In this document: positions 9,360-19,906 of the stretch, piece by piece
Layout of the letters: every line of letters starts with the position of its first letter
How positions within the stretch are numbered: the first letter of the stretch is position 1
Source of the DNA: Dehalococcoidia bacterium
GTDB taxonomy: Bacteria; Chloroflexota; Dehalococcoidia; UBA2979
Direction: 5' to 3'
NCBI GenBank assembly: GCA_965262725.1
Contig: OZ253555.1
Coordinates: 160,001-224,000, forward strand
Length of the DNA stretch: 64,000 nt
The notes under the pieces: generated by a model
What the model was told of the DNA's origin: nothing
The model's database searches: none
Seen by the model: only the letters and a program-made list of their open reading frames with translations
Translations under genes and position numbers: made by a program

Positions 9360-9845
9360 CTGAAGCCGGGGAGCGCGGAGGACTTTCTCTACTTCGCCTA
9401 CGGGTCGAACCTCGATGCCGCGCGGCTCCACCGGAGTTGCCCGAGCGCCCGGCCGGTCGGTCGCGCGCGGCTCCCGGATCATCGGCTGCGCTTCCCGCTC
9501 TTCAGCCGGCGCTGGGGAGGCGGCGTCGCCGACGTGGCGCCGGAGCCGGGCGGTGAGGTCTGGGGCGCGCTCTGGCTCATCGCCTCCCGCGAGGCGGACG
9601 CCCTCGACGCGCAGGAGGGCGTGGACGCGCGCCCCCCGCGCTACCGGCGCGTGGAGATCGAGGTGGAGCGCCCCTCCGGCGAGCGCGCCTGGTGCCTCGC
9701 CTACCGCGTCGCCTCACCCGGGGCGGGCGCGGAGCTCCCCCCCTCTCGGGACTACCGCGACACGATGCTGCGCGGGGCCCGCGCCGCCGCTCTCCCCGAC
9801 GCCTACGTCGCGCGGATCGCCGCGCTCCCGCCTGCTCCGGGGTAG
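9360..9845 (+). CDS. Gamma-glutamylcyclotransferase family protein
   Basis: YFAYGSNL motif, VWGALW and LDAQEG; probable CTG start after GGGAGGGG. Confidence 0.85.
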   Translation: MKPGSAEDFLYFAYGSNLDAARLHRSCPSARPVGRARLPDHRLRFPLFSRRWGGGVADVAPEPGGEVWGALWLIASREADALDAQEGVDARPPRYRRVEIEVERPSGERAWCLAYRVASPGAGAELPPSRDYRDTMLRGARAAALPDAYVARIAALPPAPG

Positions 9846-9981
9846 CGTTCTTGAAGACGCCGCTACGGATCGCCGCTGGTAGAATCGATGAAGGCGGCGC
9901 CCTCACCCTCCCCGCGCGCCCCGGCCGCCTGATGCACGACGGTGCCGACGACCCGCCCCTCGCGAGCGGGCCGCGGGCGCC

Positions 9982-12510
9982 GTGAAGGGACCGAGGGTGG
10001 TCCAGCACTCGACCGAGCGCATCCGACCCGCCCGCATCGAGGACGAGATGCGGGATTCGTACCTCGACTACGCGATGTCGGTCATCGTCTCGCGCGCGCT
10101 CCCGGACGCCCGCGACGGGCTGAAGCCGGTGCAGCGACGCATCCTCTTCGGGATGCAGGAGCTCGGCGTCGGGCCGAACTCGGCATTCAAGAAGACCGCC
10201 CGCACCGTCGGCGAGGTGATGGGGAAGTTCCACCCCCACGGCGACAGTGCCATCTACGAGGCGCTGGTGCGGATGGCGCAGGATTTCTCGCTCCGCTATC
10301 CGCTCATCACCGGGCAGGGCAACTTCGGCTCGGTCGACGGCGATCCGCCGGCGCAGATGCGCTACACCGAGGCGCGCCTCGCGCCCATAGCCTCGGAGCT
10401 GCTCGCCGATCTCGACCGCAACACGGTCGACTTCCAGGCGAATTTCGACGACTCCATCAGCGAGCCCGTGGTGCTGCCCGCCCGCATCCCGAACCTGCTC
10501 CTGAACGGCGCCAGCGGCATCGCGGTCGGGATGGCGACCAACATCCCGCCTCACAACCTGCGCGAGATCTGCGCCGCCGTGGAGCTTGTGATCGAGCGGC
10601 CGGAGTGCAGCGTCGACGACCTCATGGAGGTCGTGCAGGGGCCGGACTTCCCGACCGCCGCCAGCATCTTCAACCGCGCCGAGATCCGGCAGGCCTTCGC
10701 CACCGGTCGCGGGCGCATCACGATGCAGGCGCGCGTCGATCTCGAGGAGTCGCGCGCCGGCCGCCACCAGATCGTCGTGACCGAGCTCCCGTACCAGGTC
10801 AACAAGGCCTCGCTCATCGAGCGCATCGCGGACCTCGTGCGCGGCAAGCGCATCGAAGGCATCTCCGACATCCGCGACGAGTCCGACCGGCACGGGCTGC
10901 GCATCGTCATCGAGCTGGCGCGGGGCGCGAGCTACCACGCCGTGCGCGCCCAGCTCTTCCGGCACACGGCGCTGCGCTCGACCTTCGCGGTGAACACGCT
11001 CGCGCTGGTCGACGGGCAGCCGCGCACGATCACCCTGAAGGAGGCTCTCGAGTCCTACATCGGGCACCGGCGGGTCGTGATCCGCCGACGCGCCGAGTTC
11101 GATCTCGAGAAGGCGCAGGAGCGCGCGCACATCCTCGAGGGGCTCCTGATCGCGCTCAGCGACCTCGACCGCGTCATCGCCATCATTCGCGGCTCCGACT
11201 CCGTCGAGGCGGCGCGCCAGGCGCTGCAGCAGGAGCCCTTCGGCCTCCGCGATTCGCAGGGGGAGCTCGCCCTCGGGGCGGATCCCGACGGCGGCCCCCT
11301 CTTCCTCAGCGAGCGGCAGGCCCAGGCCGTACTCGACATGCAGCTGCGCCGTCTGGCGCAGCTCGAGAGCCAGCGCATCCGGGACGAACACGATCAGCTC
11401 GTGACGGTGATCCGAGATCTGGAGGCGCTGCTCGCCGCCCCCACGCTGATCGACGAGTACATCGTGCGCGATGCGCGCGAGCTCGCCGAGGAGTACGGCG
11501 ACGAGCGGCGCACGCAGGTCTTCCCGCAGGCGGTCGAGGACATCGCCGACGAGGACCTGATCGCGCACCAGCAGATCGTCGTCACCATCTCCGATCGCGG
11601 CTACATGAAACGCGTCCCCCTGGACACGTACCGCTCGCAGGGCCGGGGCGGCCGCGGCGTCACCGGAATGACCACCCGTGAGTCCGACGCGGTCCGCCAT
11701 CTCTGGGTCTGCGACACGCACGACTCGCTGCTGCTCTTCACCGCCTCGGGGCGCGTGTACTCGCTGAAGGGCTACGAGGTGCCGGAGGGATCGCGCACGG
11801 CCCGCGGTGTCCCGGTCGTGAACCTCGTCGAGATCGAGCCCGCAGACCGCGTGACGGTCGCGGTGGTGGTGACGGACTTCTCGCGTGACTCGCTCGTTCT
11901 GGCCACGCGCGACGGCGAGGTGAAGCGCACGCCCCTCGACCAGTTCGAGTCGGTGCGCCGCGCGGGGCTGATCGCGATGAGGCTCGAGCGCGGGGATGAG
12001 CTCATCGGCGCCCGCGCCGCCTCCGACCGCGACGACGTGCTGCTGGTCGGCTCGCACGGGCAGGCGATCCGCTTCACGGTGGGGACGCTGCGCGTCGCCT
12101 CGCGCGCGTCGGGCGGCGTCCGCGGGATGAGGCTGCCTCAGGGCGCCTCCGTCATCGCGCTGGTCGTGGCCGCGGACGGCGACTATCTGCTTGTGGTCTC
12201 GGAGCGCGGCGGCGGGAAGCGCACGCCGATGGCGGAGTACCCGACCAAGGGGCGGGGCGGCTCCGGCGTCCTCACCTTCCGCGTGAGCGCCCGCTCCGGC
12301 CCGCTCCGGGTCGCGCGCGTCGTGAGGGACGAGCAGGAGCTGATGCTCGTCTCCCGCGACGGGATCGTGCTGCGCACGCGCGCCGACCTCGTGAGCCTGC
12401 AGGGACGCCTGACGCAGGGCGTCTCGGTGATGGCGGTCGGGGAGGGAGACGCCGTCGCCTCGCTCGCCGTCGTCGACTTCACCCGCCGCACGGGCGGGGA
12501 CGGGGCGTAG
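9982..12510 (+). CDS. gyrA: DNA gyrase subunit A
   Basis: [33 protein letters not shown] active-site Tyr, GyrA-box QGRGGRG; start may be GTG 9997. Confidence 0.97.
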   Translation: MKGPRVVQHSTERIRPARIEDEMRDSYLDYAMSVIVSRALPDARDGLKPVQRRILFGMQELGVGPNSAFKKTARTVGEVMGKFHPHGDSAIYEALVRMAQDFSLRYPLITGQGNFGSVDGDPPAQMRYTEARLAPIASELLADLDRNTVDFQANFDDSISEPVVLPARIPNLLLNGASGIAVGMATNIPPHNLREICAAVELVIERPECSVDDLMEVVQGPDFPTAASIFNRAEIRQAFATGRGRITMQARVDLEESRAGRHQIVVTELPYQVNKASLIERIADLVRGKRIEGISDIRDESDRHGLRIVIELARGASYHAVRAQLFRHTALRSTFAVNTLALVDGQPRTITLKEALESYIGHRRVVIRRRAEFDLEKAQERAHILEGLLIALSDLDRVIAIIRGSDSVEAARQALQQEPFGLRDSQGELALGADPDGGPLFLSERQAQAVLDMQLRRLAQLESQRIRDEHDQLVTVIRDLEALLAAPTLIDEYIVRDARELAEEYGDERRTQVFPQAVEDIADEDLIAHQQIVVTISDRGYMKRVPLDTYRSQGRGGRGVTGMTTRESDAVRHLWVCDTHDSLLLFTASGRVYSLKGYEVPEGSRTARGVPVVNLVEIEPADRVTVAVVVTDFSRDSLVLATRDGEVKRTPLDQFESVRRAGLIAMRLERGDELIGARAASDRDDVLLVGSHGQAIRFTVGTLRVASRASGGVRGMRLPQGASVIALVVAADGDYLLVVSERGGGKRTPMAEYPTKGRGGSGVLTFRVSARSGPLRVARVVRDEQELMLVSRDGIVLRTRADLVSLQGRLTQGVSVMAVGEGDAVASLAVVDFTRRTGGDGA

Positions 12511-12586
12511 TGCGCCGCCCCGCCCGCTACCGACGGACGCGGGCCGCCGCGGCCCCCGGATTACGGCTCTGAGGACGCCTCCCGGG

Positions 12587-13615
12587 ATGCCGGCCGGCGA
12601 GTTCGACCTGATCGAGCGGTTTCTGGCGCGGCTCGGGGCGAACGCGGCGACGATGATCGCGGTGCCGCCCGGCGACGACGCGGCCGCGTGGGCGATGCCG
12701 CCGGGGGCCCTCGCCGTCGCCTCCGTCGACACGCTGACGGAGGGGACGCACTGGCGCCCCGACACGATGGGCTACGCAGACGTCGGCTGGCGGGCGGTGG
12801 CGACGGCGCTCTCCGACCTGGCCGCGATGGGCGCCGAGGCCGACGTGCTGTTGGTGGCCTGCGTGCTGGGCCCGACCCTCACCCTGGACGAGGTCGACGA
12901 GGTTGCCTCCGGCCTCGCCGAGGCCTGCGCCGAGCACGGCGTGCGAGTCGCCGGCGGCGACACGGCGCGCGGTGCCGCCACCTCGCTGTCCGTCACCGCG
13001 TTCGGCCACGCGCTCCCCCGGGCCGCGGGCGAGCCGCCACCGCTCCTCCGCCGCGCCGGCGCCCGCGCCGGCGACGCGATCGCGGTCTCGGGCCGCCCGG
13101 GTGCCGCCTCGGCCGGGCTCGCGCTGATCGACGCCGGGCGCGCCTCCGAGCCGGCCGCCGCGCCGCTGGTCTCCGCGCACCGGCGGCCGCGGGCGAGGCT
13201 CTCGCTGGGGCGCCGCGCGCTCGCGGCCGGGGTGCGCGCCGCCGTCGACATCTCCGACGGCCTGCTTCAGGACCTGGGCCACCTCGCCCGCGCCTCCGGT
13301 GTCGCCGCCTCCCTCGATCTCGCCTCGCTCCCGCTTCATCCGGCGGCGGCGCGGCTTCTCGGCGAAAGGCGCGCGCGCGACCTCGCCCTGGGCGGCGGCG
13401 ACGACTACGAGCTCCTGCTGGCGGGCCCCGCGTCGGTGCTCGGAGACCTCTCCGGCCCCGATCTTGCGGTCACCGTGATCGGCCGCGCCTGTCGGCCGTC
13501 GGCCGGCTTGCCGGCCGGGACGGTGCGTGTGCTCGACGAGCACGGGGATGCGTACGACCCGCCGGCGGGAGGCTGGGACCACCTGCTCTCGGCGGCGGAG
13601 GCGTGGCGGAGATGA
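12587..13615 (+). CDS. thiL: Thiamine-monophosphate kinase
   Basis: GEFDLI, GDDAA, SDLAAMGA, GGDT, DISDGL and GGDDYEL motifs. Confidence 0.95.
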   Translation: MPAGEFDLIERFLARLGANAATMIAVPPGDDAAAWAMPPGALAVASVDTLTEGTHWRPDTMGYADVGWRAVATALSDLAAMGAEADVLLVACVLGPTLTLDEVDEVASGLAEACAEHGVRVAGGDTARGAATSLSVTAFGHALPRAAGEPPPLLRRAGARAGDAIAVSGRPGAASAGLALIDAGRASEPAAAPLVSAHRRPRARLSLGRRALAAGVRAAVDISDGLLQDLGHLARASGVAASLDLASLPLHPAAARLLGERRARDLALGGGDDYELLLAGPASVLGDLSGPDLAVTVIGRACRPSAGLPAGTVRVLDEHGDAYDPPAGGWDHLLSAAEAWRR

Positions 13616-14118
13616 GGACCTCCGACCGGGTGCTCGTGGCGACGCACGGCGCAGCGCAAACCCGCCGGCTCGGACGGCGCGTGGCGGCGCTCCTGCACGC
13701 CGGCGATGTTCTGTTGCTGCAGGGCGACCTCGGCGCCGGCAAGACGGCGCTCGCGCAGGGGATCGGCACGGGGCTCGGCGTCGCGACGCCCGTGACGAGT
13801 CCGACCTTCGTGCTGCTCGCCCGCCACGACCCGGCGCCAGGCGGCAAGGGCCTGTCGCTCTTCCATGCCGATCTCTACCGCCTCGCGGGAAGCGACGAGG
13901 TCGAGGAGCTGGCGCTGGCCGAGCAGGCCTCGGCCGGCGTTCTTCTCGTCGAGTGGCCGGAGCGAGGCATCGAGGCGCTTCCCGCGGAGCATCTGCTCGT
14001 GCGCATCGAGCCGGCGGCCGCCGCCGACGAGCGCCGCCTCACCTTCGTCGCGATGGACAAGCGTTACCGGCGCGTCCTGGACGGCCTCGCCTCTCGCCGG
14101 GGGGCGCTCCGTGTCTAG
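13612..14118 (+). CDS. tsaE: tRNA threonylcarbamoyladenosine biosynthesis ATPase
   Basis: GDLGAGKT, VTSPTF, HADLYRL and VEWPE motifs; ATGA overlap with thiL. Confidence 0.95.
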   Translation: MRTSDRVLVATHGAAQTRRLGRRVAALLHAGDVLLLQGDLGAGKTALAQGIGTGLGVATPVTSPTFVLLARHDPAPGGKGLSLFHADLYRLAGSDEVEELALAEQASAGVLLVEWPERGIEALPAEHLLVRIEPAAAADERRLTFVAMDKRYRRVLDGLASRRGALRV

Positions 14119-14875
14119 GGAGCCCGAGCCGGGCGCGGGCGTCGCGCTCGGCATCGACACGGCCTCGACCGACGCGTCGCTGGCGCTCCGGCGCGGGGAG
14201 AGCGTGCTCGCCCTCAGCTGCTGGCGCGTCGAGTCGACCCTCTCGCGCGAGCTGCTCGCCGAGCTCGCGGAGATGCTCGCCGAAGCTGGCGTGACCCGCG
14301 GGGAGATCACGCGCATCGCGGTCTGCGCCGGTCCCGGCGCCTACACGGCGCTGCGCATCGGCGTCGCGACGGCGCAGGGGCTGGCCCTGGCGCTCGGCGT
14401 CCCGCTCGCCGGCGTCTCGCGCCTGGAGGCGGATGCGCTGCCGTACCTCGACGCCTCGCGCCCGGTGGTCGCCGTCCACGACGCCGGCCGCGGCCGGTTG
14501 GCGTGGGCTGCGTACCAGGAAGCCGAGGGGCACGGCGCGCCGCCGCGCGAGCTGGTGGCGCCGCGGGCCGACGACGCAGAGGGCCTGGCGAGTGGCGCGC
14601 CGGCGGGGGCTCTCTGGTGCGGCGAGCTCGCGGAGGAGCTGCTGGGGGAACTCGCCCGGGCGGGCTGCCCGCTGGGTCCGGGGGATCGGGCGCCCGCGCG
14701 GGAGGCGGGGCGTCGCAGCGCCGTCGGCGTGCTCCGCCTGGCGTGGCTGCACGAAGCCTTCGGCGATCCGGCGGGCGTCGACGCGGTCTACCTCCGCCCG
14801 CCCCCGATCACGCGGCCGCGCGCCCCCGTGCCGCCGCCCGGCGCTGGCCCCACCTCCGCGGCTGTGAAAGAGTAG
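14111..14875 (+). CDS. tsaB: tRNA threonylcarbamoyladenosine biosynthesis protein
   Basis: LGIDTAS, GPGAYTALRIG and C-terminal YLRPP motifs. Confidence 0.92.
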   Translation: MSREPEPGAGVALGIDTASTDASLALRRGESVLALSCWRVESTLSRELLAELAEMLAEAGVTRGEITRIAVCAGPGAYTALRIGVATAQGLALALGVPLAGVSRLEADALPYLDASRPVVAVHDAGRGRLAWAAYQEAEGHGAPPRELVAPRADDAEGLASGAPAGALWCGELAEELLGELARAGCPLGPGDRAPAREAGRRSAVGVLRLAWLHEAFGDPAGVDAVYLRPPPITRPRAPVPPPGAGPTSAAVKE

Positions 14876-14935
14876 CGCCGCGACGACCGGAGGGCGGCTG
14901 AGGGCCGCTCGCAGCGGGTAAGGAGCGGGGGAGCC

Positions 14936-15385
14936 GTGGAGCGCACGCTGATCCTGGTGAAGCCGGATGCGCTGCAGCGCGGGCTGGCGGGGGAGGTGCT
15001 CTCCCGCTTCGAGCGCCGCGGACTGCGGCTGGTCGGCCTCCGCCTCGTGCACATCGACGAGTCCCTGGCCCGCCGCCATTACGCCGAGCACGAGGGGAAG
15101 CCCTTCATGGAGGGGCTCGTCTCGTTCATCACCAGCGCGCCGGTCGTCGCCGCCGTGTTCGAGGGCCCGAACGCCGTTGCGGCGGCGCGCCAGACGATGG
15201 GCGCGACCAACCCGCTGGAGGCCGCGACCGGCTCGATCCGCGGCGATCTGGCGCTCGACCTCGGCCGCAACCTGGTGCACGCATCCGACAGCCCGCAGAG
15301 CGCCGCGCGCGAGATCGCGCTCTTCTTTGCGGACGAGCCGATGATCGAGTGGAGCAGCGATCGCGATCGCTGGGTCGCGGAGTAG
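14936..15385 (+). CDS. ndk: Nucleoside-diphosphate kinase
   Basis: [21 protein letters not shown] and NLVHASDS motifs. Confidence 0.97.
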   Translation: MERTLILVKPDALQRGLAGEVLSRFERRGLRLVGLRLVHIDESLARRHYAEHEGKPFMEGLVSFITSAPVVAAVFEGPNAVAAARQTMGATNPLEAATGSIRGDLALDLGRNLVHASDSPQSAAREIALFFADEPMIEWSSDRDRWVAE

Positions 15386-15403
15386 CCGGGCACGCGGCCG
15401 CCG

Positions 15404-15811
15404 CTACTGGATGCGCACGACCTCCTGGGCGCGGCTCCAGAGCCCCTCGAGGTCGTAGTACGCGCGGCGCTCCTCGGTGAAGAGGTGCACCACCACCCCC
15501 CGGCAGTCGAGCAGCACCCAGCCGCCCGCCGGGTCGCCCTCCTGCTCCGCTCGCCCGAGGCCCGGCACCGCCCCCATCACGGAATTGACCAGCGTGCGGA
15601 GCTGCCGGTCGCTGGTCCCCGTCGCGATCACGAAGTAGTCGGCGAAGGCGCGGAGTCGGGTGAGATCGAGCAGCACGATGTCCGCGGCCTGGCGGTCGGC
15701 GAGCGCGTCGATGAGACGGTGCGCCAGAGCGAGCACCTCGGGGTCCCGGGGCGGGGCGTCCTGCTCATCCGCACCCTGCTCGCCTGCCGTCTCCGCGCTC
15801 GGCTGCTCCAT
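15404..15811 (-). CDS. rsfS: Ribosome silencing factor
   Basis: ADYFVIATGTSDRQ, WVLLD..VVVHLF and RAYYDLEGLW motifs. Confidence 0.93.
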   Translation of the reverse strand: MEQPSAETAGEQGADEQDAPPRDPEVLALAHRLIDALADRQAADIVLLDLTRLRAFADYFVIATGTSDRQLRTLVNSVMGAVPGLGRAEQEGDPAGGWVLLDCRGVVVHLFTEERRAYYDLEGLWSRAQEVVRIQ

Positions 15812-15918
15812 GCCTGTCCTTCCCCCGGGGCGCCCGCCCCGGCCGCTCGCCTGGATCGTAGCAGAGCGATTCCGCACTAGAATGAGAGCTCGGGTCGGGG
15901 TCCGACGGAGGGGGAGCG

Positions 15919-17106
15919 ATGAGCCCGGAGCGGGTTCTTGTGGCGATGTCGGGCGGCGTGGACTCCGCGGTCGCCGCCGCTTTGCTTCACCGCGCAGGCT
16001 ACGACGTCGTGGGCGTCACGCTCCGCCTCTACACGCAGCCCGACGACGCGGCTCTGAGCTCCGGGCGCACCTGCTGCGGCGTCGAGGAGGTCGACGACGC
16101 TCGCCGCGCGGCGCAGCTCATCGGCATCCCGCACTACGTGCTCAACATGGAGCGGGAGTTTAAGCGCGACGTGATCGACGGATTCGTGGACGCCTACGCC
16201 CGCGGGCGCACCCCGAACCCCTGTCTCGAGTGCAACCGCCGCGTGAAGTTCCGGACGCTCCTCGATCGCGCACTCGCGATGGGCGCGGACCGCCTCGCCA
16301 CCGGGCACTACGCACGGATCGATGACAACGCCGAGACGGCCGCGCCGGTGGACGGGAGCCCGGCGCGACGCCGGCTCCGCGCCGCGGCCGATCCCGCGAA
16401 GGACCAGTCGTATGTTCTCTACACGCTGGGTCAGCGTGAGCTCGCGCGGACGCTCTTCCCGCTCGGGGGGATGACCAAGCCGGAGACGCGCGCCGTGGCG
16501 AGGGAGCTCGGACTCGGCGTCGCGGAGAAGCCTGACTCCGTGGACATCTGCTTCGTGCCCGGCGGTGACTACCGGCGTCTCCTCGCCGATCAGGGGCTCG
16601 TCCTGGAGCCGGGCGTGGTGGTGGACGCGGAGGGTCGGGAGGTCGGACGGCACCGCGGCGCCGCCGGCTACACGGTCGGTCAGCGGCGGGGCCTCGTCCT
16701 GTCGGAGTCCGGCCCCGGTGCCCGGCGCTTCGTCACGGCGGTGGACGCAGAGCGCAACGTCGTCGTCGTCGGCGGGGAGCGGGAGTTGCAGGTGGGCGCT
16801 GTCGAGGCCTCGGCCCCGAGCTGGGTGGTCGAGGCGCCACGGGATGGCGAGCGTCTCGGCGCCCGCCTGCGCTACGGCGCCCCGCTTGCCCCCGGCCGCG
16901 TCGAGAGCGTGAGCGACGTCGGCTTCCGCCTGGCGCTCGACGCCCCGGCGCGCGCCCCCGCGCCGGGGCAGGCGGTCGTCCTCTACCGTCCGTCGCTAGA
17001 GCGCGGCGACGAGGTCGTCGGCGGCGGAACGGTGGAGGCGAGCACCCCCTGGGAGCCGCGGCGGGCGGCGTCCGCCGCGCTTCCGCGGCGCACGTCGCGC
17101 GGGTAG
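15919..17106 (+). CDS. mnmA: tRNA 2-thiouridylase
   Basis: AMSGGVDS, TPNPCLECN, ATGHYA, KDQSYVL and DICF motifs. Confidence 0.96.
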   Translation: MSPERVLVAMSGGVDSAVAAALLHRAGYDVVGVTLRLYTQPDDAALSSGRTCCGVEEVDDARRAAQLIGIPHYVLNMEREFKRDVIDGFVDAYARGRTPNPCLECNRRVKFRTLLDRALAMGADRLATGHYARIDDNAETAAPVDGSPARRRLRAAADPAKDQSYVLYTLGQRELARTLFPLGGMTKPETRAVARELGLGVAEKPDSVDICFVPGGDYRRLLADQGLVLEPGVVVDAEGREVGRHRGAAGYTVGQRRGLVLSESGPGARRFVTAVDAERNVVVVGGERELQVGAVEASAPSWVVEAPRDGERLGARLRYGAPLAPGRVESVSDVGFRLALDAPARAPAPGQAVVLYRPSLERGDEVVGGGTVEASTPWEPRRAASAALPRRTSRG

Positions 17107-17226
17107 GATGGATGCTTGCATCCGCGATCGGGATGAGGGACCGCGTGTGAGCTGTGCGTGGACGCGGGAGAGAGATCGGCGCCTCCGCATCTGGTCGCGC
17201 ATCGTCGCGGTTCACGGCGGCGCCGC

Positions 17227-17616
17227 ATGAAGATCGCCCTGATACTGATCGTCCTCGCCGCCGTCGTGGCGGCCGCCGTGGCCGCCCCCGTGATCGTCTT
17301 CGAGCCGAACCTTCAGGAGAGCCGCGACATCGTCATCATCGTCGTCGGGATCGCCGGCGTGGCGCTGCTCCTGGGATCGCTCATCACGCTTCTGCTGATC
17401 GCGCTCGGCATCCATCACCTCTCGCGTGTGCTGCGTCGCCTGCTGGAGGATCCCGTCCGCCCGGCGCTGTCGGAGGTACGCGACACCGCTCGCAATGTGC
17501 GCGGCGCCACCGAGTTCGTGGCCGACGCCGCCGTGCACCCCCTGATCCGCACCATCGCCACGGTGCGCGGAATCCGTCGGGGCCTCTCGGTCATCACGGG
17601 CCTGAGACGCCGGTGA
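17227..17616 (+). CDS. Hypothetical membrane protein (two TM segments plus amphipathic helix)
   Basis: MKIALILIVL..., second hydrophobic helix, helical tail. Confidence 0.7.
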   Translation: MKIALILIVLAAVVAAAVAAPVIVFEPNLQESRDIVIIVVGIAGVALLLGSLITLLLIALGIHHLSRVLRRLLEDPVRPALSEVRDTARNVRGATEFVADAAVHPLIRTIATVRGIRRGLSVITGLRRR

Positions 17617-17864
17617 GCGCCCGGGGCCTCCTCGCTTTCGCCGCCAGCGCCGGCGTTGGCTTCCTCGCCGCGCGCGCGCTGCTCGGCCGGGACCCCTCCG
17701 CCACCCCCCTTCCCGATCAACTGCAGAACGCCCGATCCCGTCTGCTCGCGGCGCGCGACGTCGCCGTGGAGGCGCTGGTGGAGGCGCGCTCAGCCCGGGA
17801 CGAGGCGGCGTCCGACCTCACGCAGGACTACCTCCGCCGCACCCGCTCGCAGCCCGAGGCGTAG
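17613..17864 (+). CDS. Small hypothetical membrane-anchored protein
   Basis: GTGA overlap with upstream gene; N-terminal GLLAFAASAGVGFLAA then helical region. Confidence 0.6.
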   Translation: MSARGLLAFAASAGVGFLAARALLGRDPSATPLPDQLQNARSRLLAARDVAVEALVEARSARDEAASDLTQDYLRRTRSQPEA

Positions 17865-18007
17865 GCGAGCGCCTCCCGCCGCCGCGGCGGCCTCCGCCGG
17901 CTCCCCGCTTCGTCGACCCGGTGTGGACTCCGCGACCGCGCGTCCCCTGCGCGGTTCCCGTCGACGGGCAGCGGGAGGGTGCCCGCGCTCCGGGGGTCTC
18001 CCGCTGC

Positions 18008-18036
18008 TTGGTCGATGCCCGGGCGCTTCCTATACT
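18008..18036 (+). promoter_or_regulatory. Sigma70-type promoter of tRNA-Ser pair
   Basis: TTGGTC-N17-TATACT ending 7 nt before the tRNA. Confidence 0.65.
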
Positions 18037-18043
18037 CGCCCGT

Positions 18044-18129
18044 GGAGAGGTGTCCGAGTGGTCTATGGTGCCGTTCTCGAAAAGCGGTAGGCGCAAGCCT
18101 CGTGGGTTCGAATCCCACCCTCTCCGCCA
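18044..18129 (+). tRNA. tRNA-Ser (CGA)
   Basis: GGAGAGG acceptor, anticodon loop CT-CGA-AA, long variable arm, CCTCTCC-G-CCA. Confidence 0.96.
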
Positions 18130-18150
18130 CGCATCGCCCGATCACCTCGC

Positions 18151-18242
<92 letters not shown>

Positions 18243-18405
18243 CCCGATCGGGGTGCCCCGGCTTCGGCGCCTCCGTCCCGATCCCGGCCCCGCGCCGCGG
18301 CGTCGGGGCTCATCGGCGGCGCCCGCCGGGCCATCGGAGCATCGCGGAGTCGGGTCGCCGGCGCGCGCGATCCCGGTCGCGGGGCCTGCCGGTGCGAGCC
18401 GGCGC

Positions 18406-19281
18406 CTAGATCCGCTCGGCGCGTACGACGACGCGATCGACGTAGGACCTCGACTCGAAGTTGAACTCCCCGCCACAGGTGATCAGGGTGATGCTGTCCA
18501 CCGGCACGTCCGAGCCAAGGATCTCTTGCCAGTCCCCGTCCACGGCATCGACGTGGCGGCGCCAGGACACGGCGTAGCGCACCGTCTGACCGCCGCTCTC
18601 CAGCTCGATCACGTCGCCGGGCGAGAGCAGGCTGAGGCTGAAGAAGACGCCGCGGCCGCGGAAGTCGACGCTCGCGTACGCGACGTGCGCGGCGTAGTCG
18701 ACGTGCCCGGAGAAGACGGCGTTGTTGCCGCCGCCGATCTCGCCGCCGAAGCCCTCCCACCCGGTGAAGTCGTACCAGACCACGTCGCTCGGGCCGGCCG
18801 GGTTCGGCATCTGTCCGTCCCCGCCGACGCTCCGAACGCCCAGGGGGGCGTCGATGCCGAGCGCCGGGACGCGCACGCGTCCGAGCACGGCGCTGGGGGG
18901 CTCTCCGTACTGGGAGTGCAGTTCATCGATGCTCCCGACTGCCGGGCCGTCGGGCACGGGTGTGGGCGTGATGGCCTCGGGCGGCGGGTCGGGACTCTCG
19001 GTCGGGGTCGGGGGCGGGGGCGCCGTGGCCGTCCCGGTGGTCGCGGGCGTGGCCGTGAGGGCCGGCGTGGCTGTCGGCGTCGGCGAGGGCGTGGCTGTCG
19101 GCGTCGGCGTGACTTCCCGCACGATCACCGGGGGTGCGTCCCCGTTCGAGCCGCTCCGGAGCAGCACCACCGCGCTCAACGCCGAGAGGAGGATCGCGAT
19201 CAGGATCAGGAGTCCGACGCGGCCAGCCGGGCCGAGGTTCCACCAGAGGTCCGCCGGGCCGTCGCGGCGAAACTCGCCCAT
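18406..19281 (-). CDS. Class F sortase
   Basis: N-terminal TM, Pro/Thr linker, VVWY, GHVD (His), LITCGG (Cys) and DRVVV (Arg). Confidence 0.9.
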   Translation of the reverse strand: MGEFRRDGPADLWWNLGPAGRVGLLILIAILLSALSAVVLLRSGSNGDAPPVIVREVTPTPTATPSPTPTATPALTATPATTGTATAPPPPTPTESPDPPPEAITPTPVPDGPAVGSIDELHSQYGEPPSAVLGRVRVPALGIDAPLGVRSVGGDGQMPNPAGPSDVVWYDFTGWEGFGGEIGGGNNAVFSGHVDYAAHVAYASVDFRGRGVFFSLSLLSPGDVIELESGGQTVRYAVSWRRHVDAVDGDWQEILGSDVPVDSITLITCGGEFNFESRSYVDRVVVRAERI

Positions 19282-19548
19282 GGCGGCATTCCTCCCGTCG
19301 CACCGAGGGTCCCGCGGGGCGCGCGCTCGCGCGCCGGGACGCCTGATCCACGATAGCGTGGAGCGCCCGGAAGAGACAGGTCGGCCGGGCCTGCGTCGCA
19401 AGCTGTCGCCCGGTGCGGTCGTCCGCCCGCTGCTCCCGGCGGAGGGGCACGCGAGGTCGCCGCGCGGGTGCCCGCGCCGGCGGCTGAGGCCATGCCCGTG
19501 CCCGCCTCCTTATGCGGGTCTTACTTCGGGGAGGCGCACAATGCGCGC

Positions 19549-19767
19549 ATGCGCCTTCTCCTCATCGAGGATGATGAGCGGTTGGCCGATGTCGTGGCCC
19601 GGGGCCTCCGCCAGGCGGGGATCGCCGTGGACGTGGCGCTGGATGGCGGAGGTGGCCTCGAGAAGGCGCTCGTCACCCGCTACGACGTCGTCCTGCTCGA
19701 CCGCGACCTCCCCCGCGTGCACGGAGACGAGGTCTGTCGCCGGCTGGCCGAGCGCCCCGTGTCGTAG
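19549..19767 (+). pseudogene. Truncated OmpR/CutR-like response regulator receiver domain
   Basis: MRLLLIEDD...VVLLDRDLP..HGDEVCRRL then stop at 72 aa; lacks beta4/beta5 and output domain. Confidence 0.75.
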
Positions 19768-19880
19768 AGACCGCGCGCCGCCTCCCGCGGCGCGGCGCTC
19801 GAGGGCGCGGATGACGCCGGGCCATGCGGGTGCCCGAGCGGCGGGAGGCGTGGATTAACTCCCGCCCCGCCGCGTCGGAC

Positions 19881-19906
19881 GTTAACTCTGGCGCCGCCCC
19901 GCCGTT
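19881..19906 (+). promoter_or_regulatory. Candidate ECF sigma-dependent promoter
   Basis: GTTAAC-N16-CGTT upstream of the ECF gene. Confidence 0.4.

Noticed and set aside
9577-12765. 1062-aa minus-strand ORF and many other long overlapping ORFs (e.g. 34183-36816, 40538-43216)
   Set aside because: Antisense or off-frame shadows of clear genes; expected at this GC content, with no recognisable motifs
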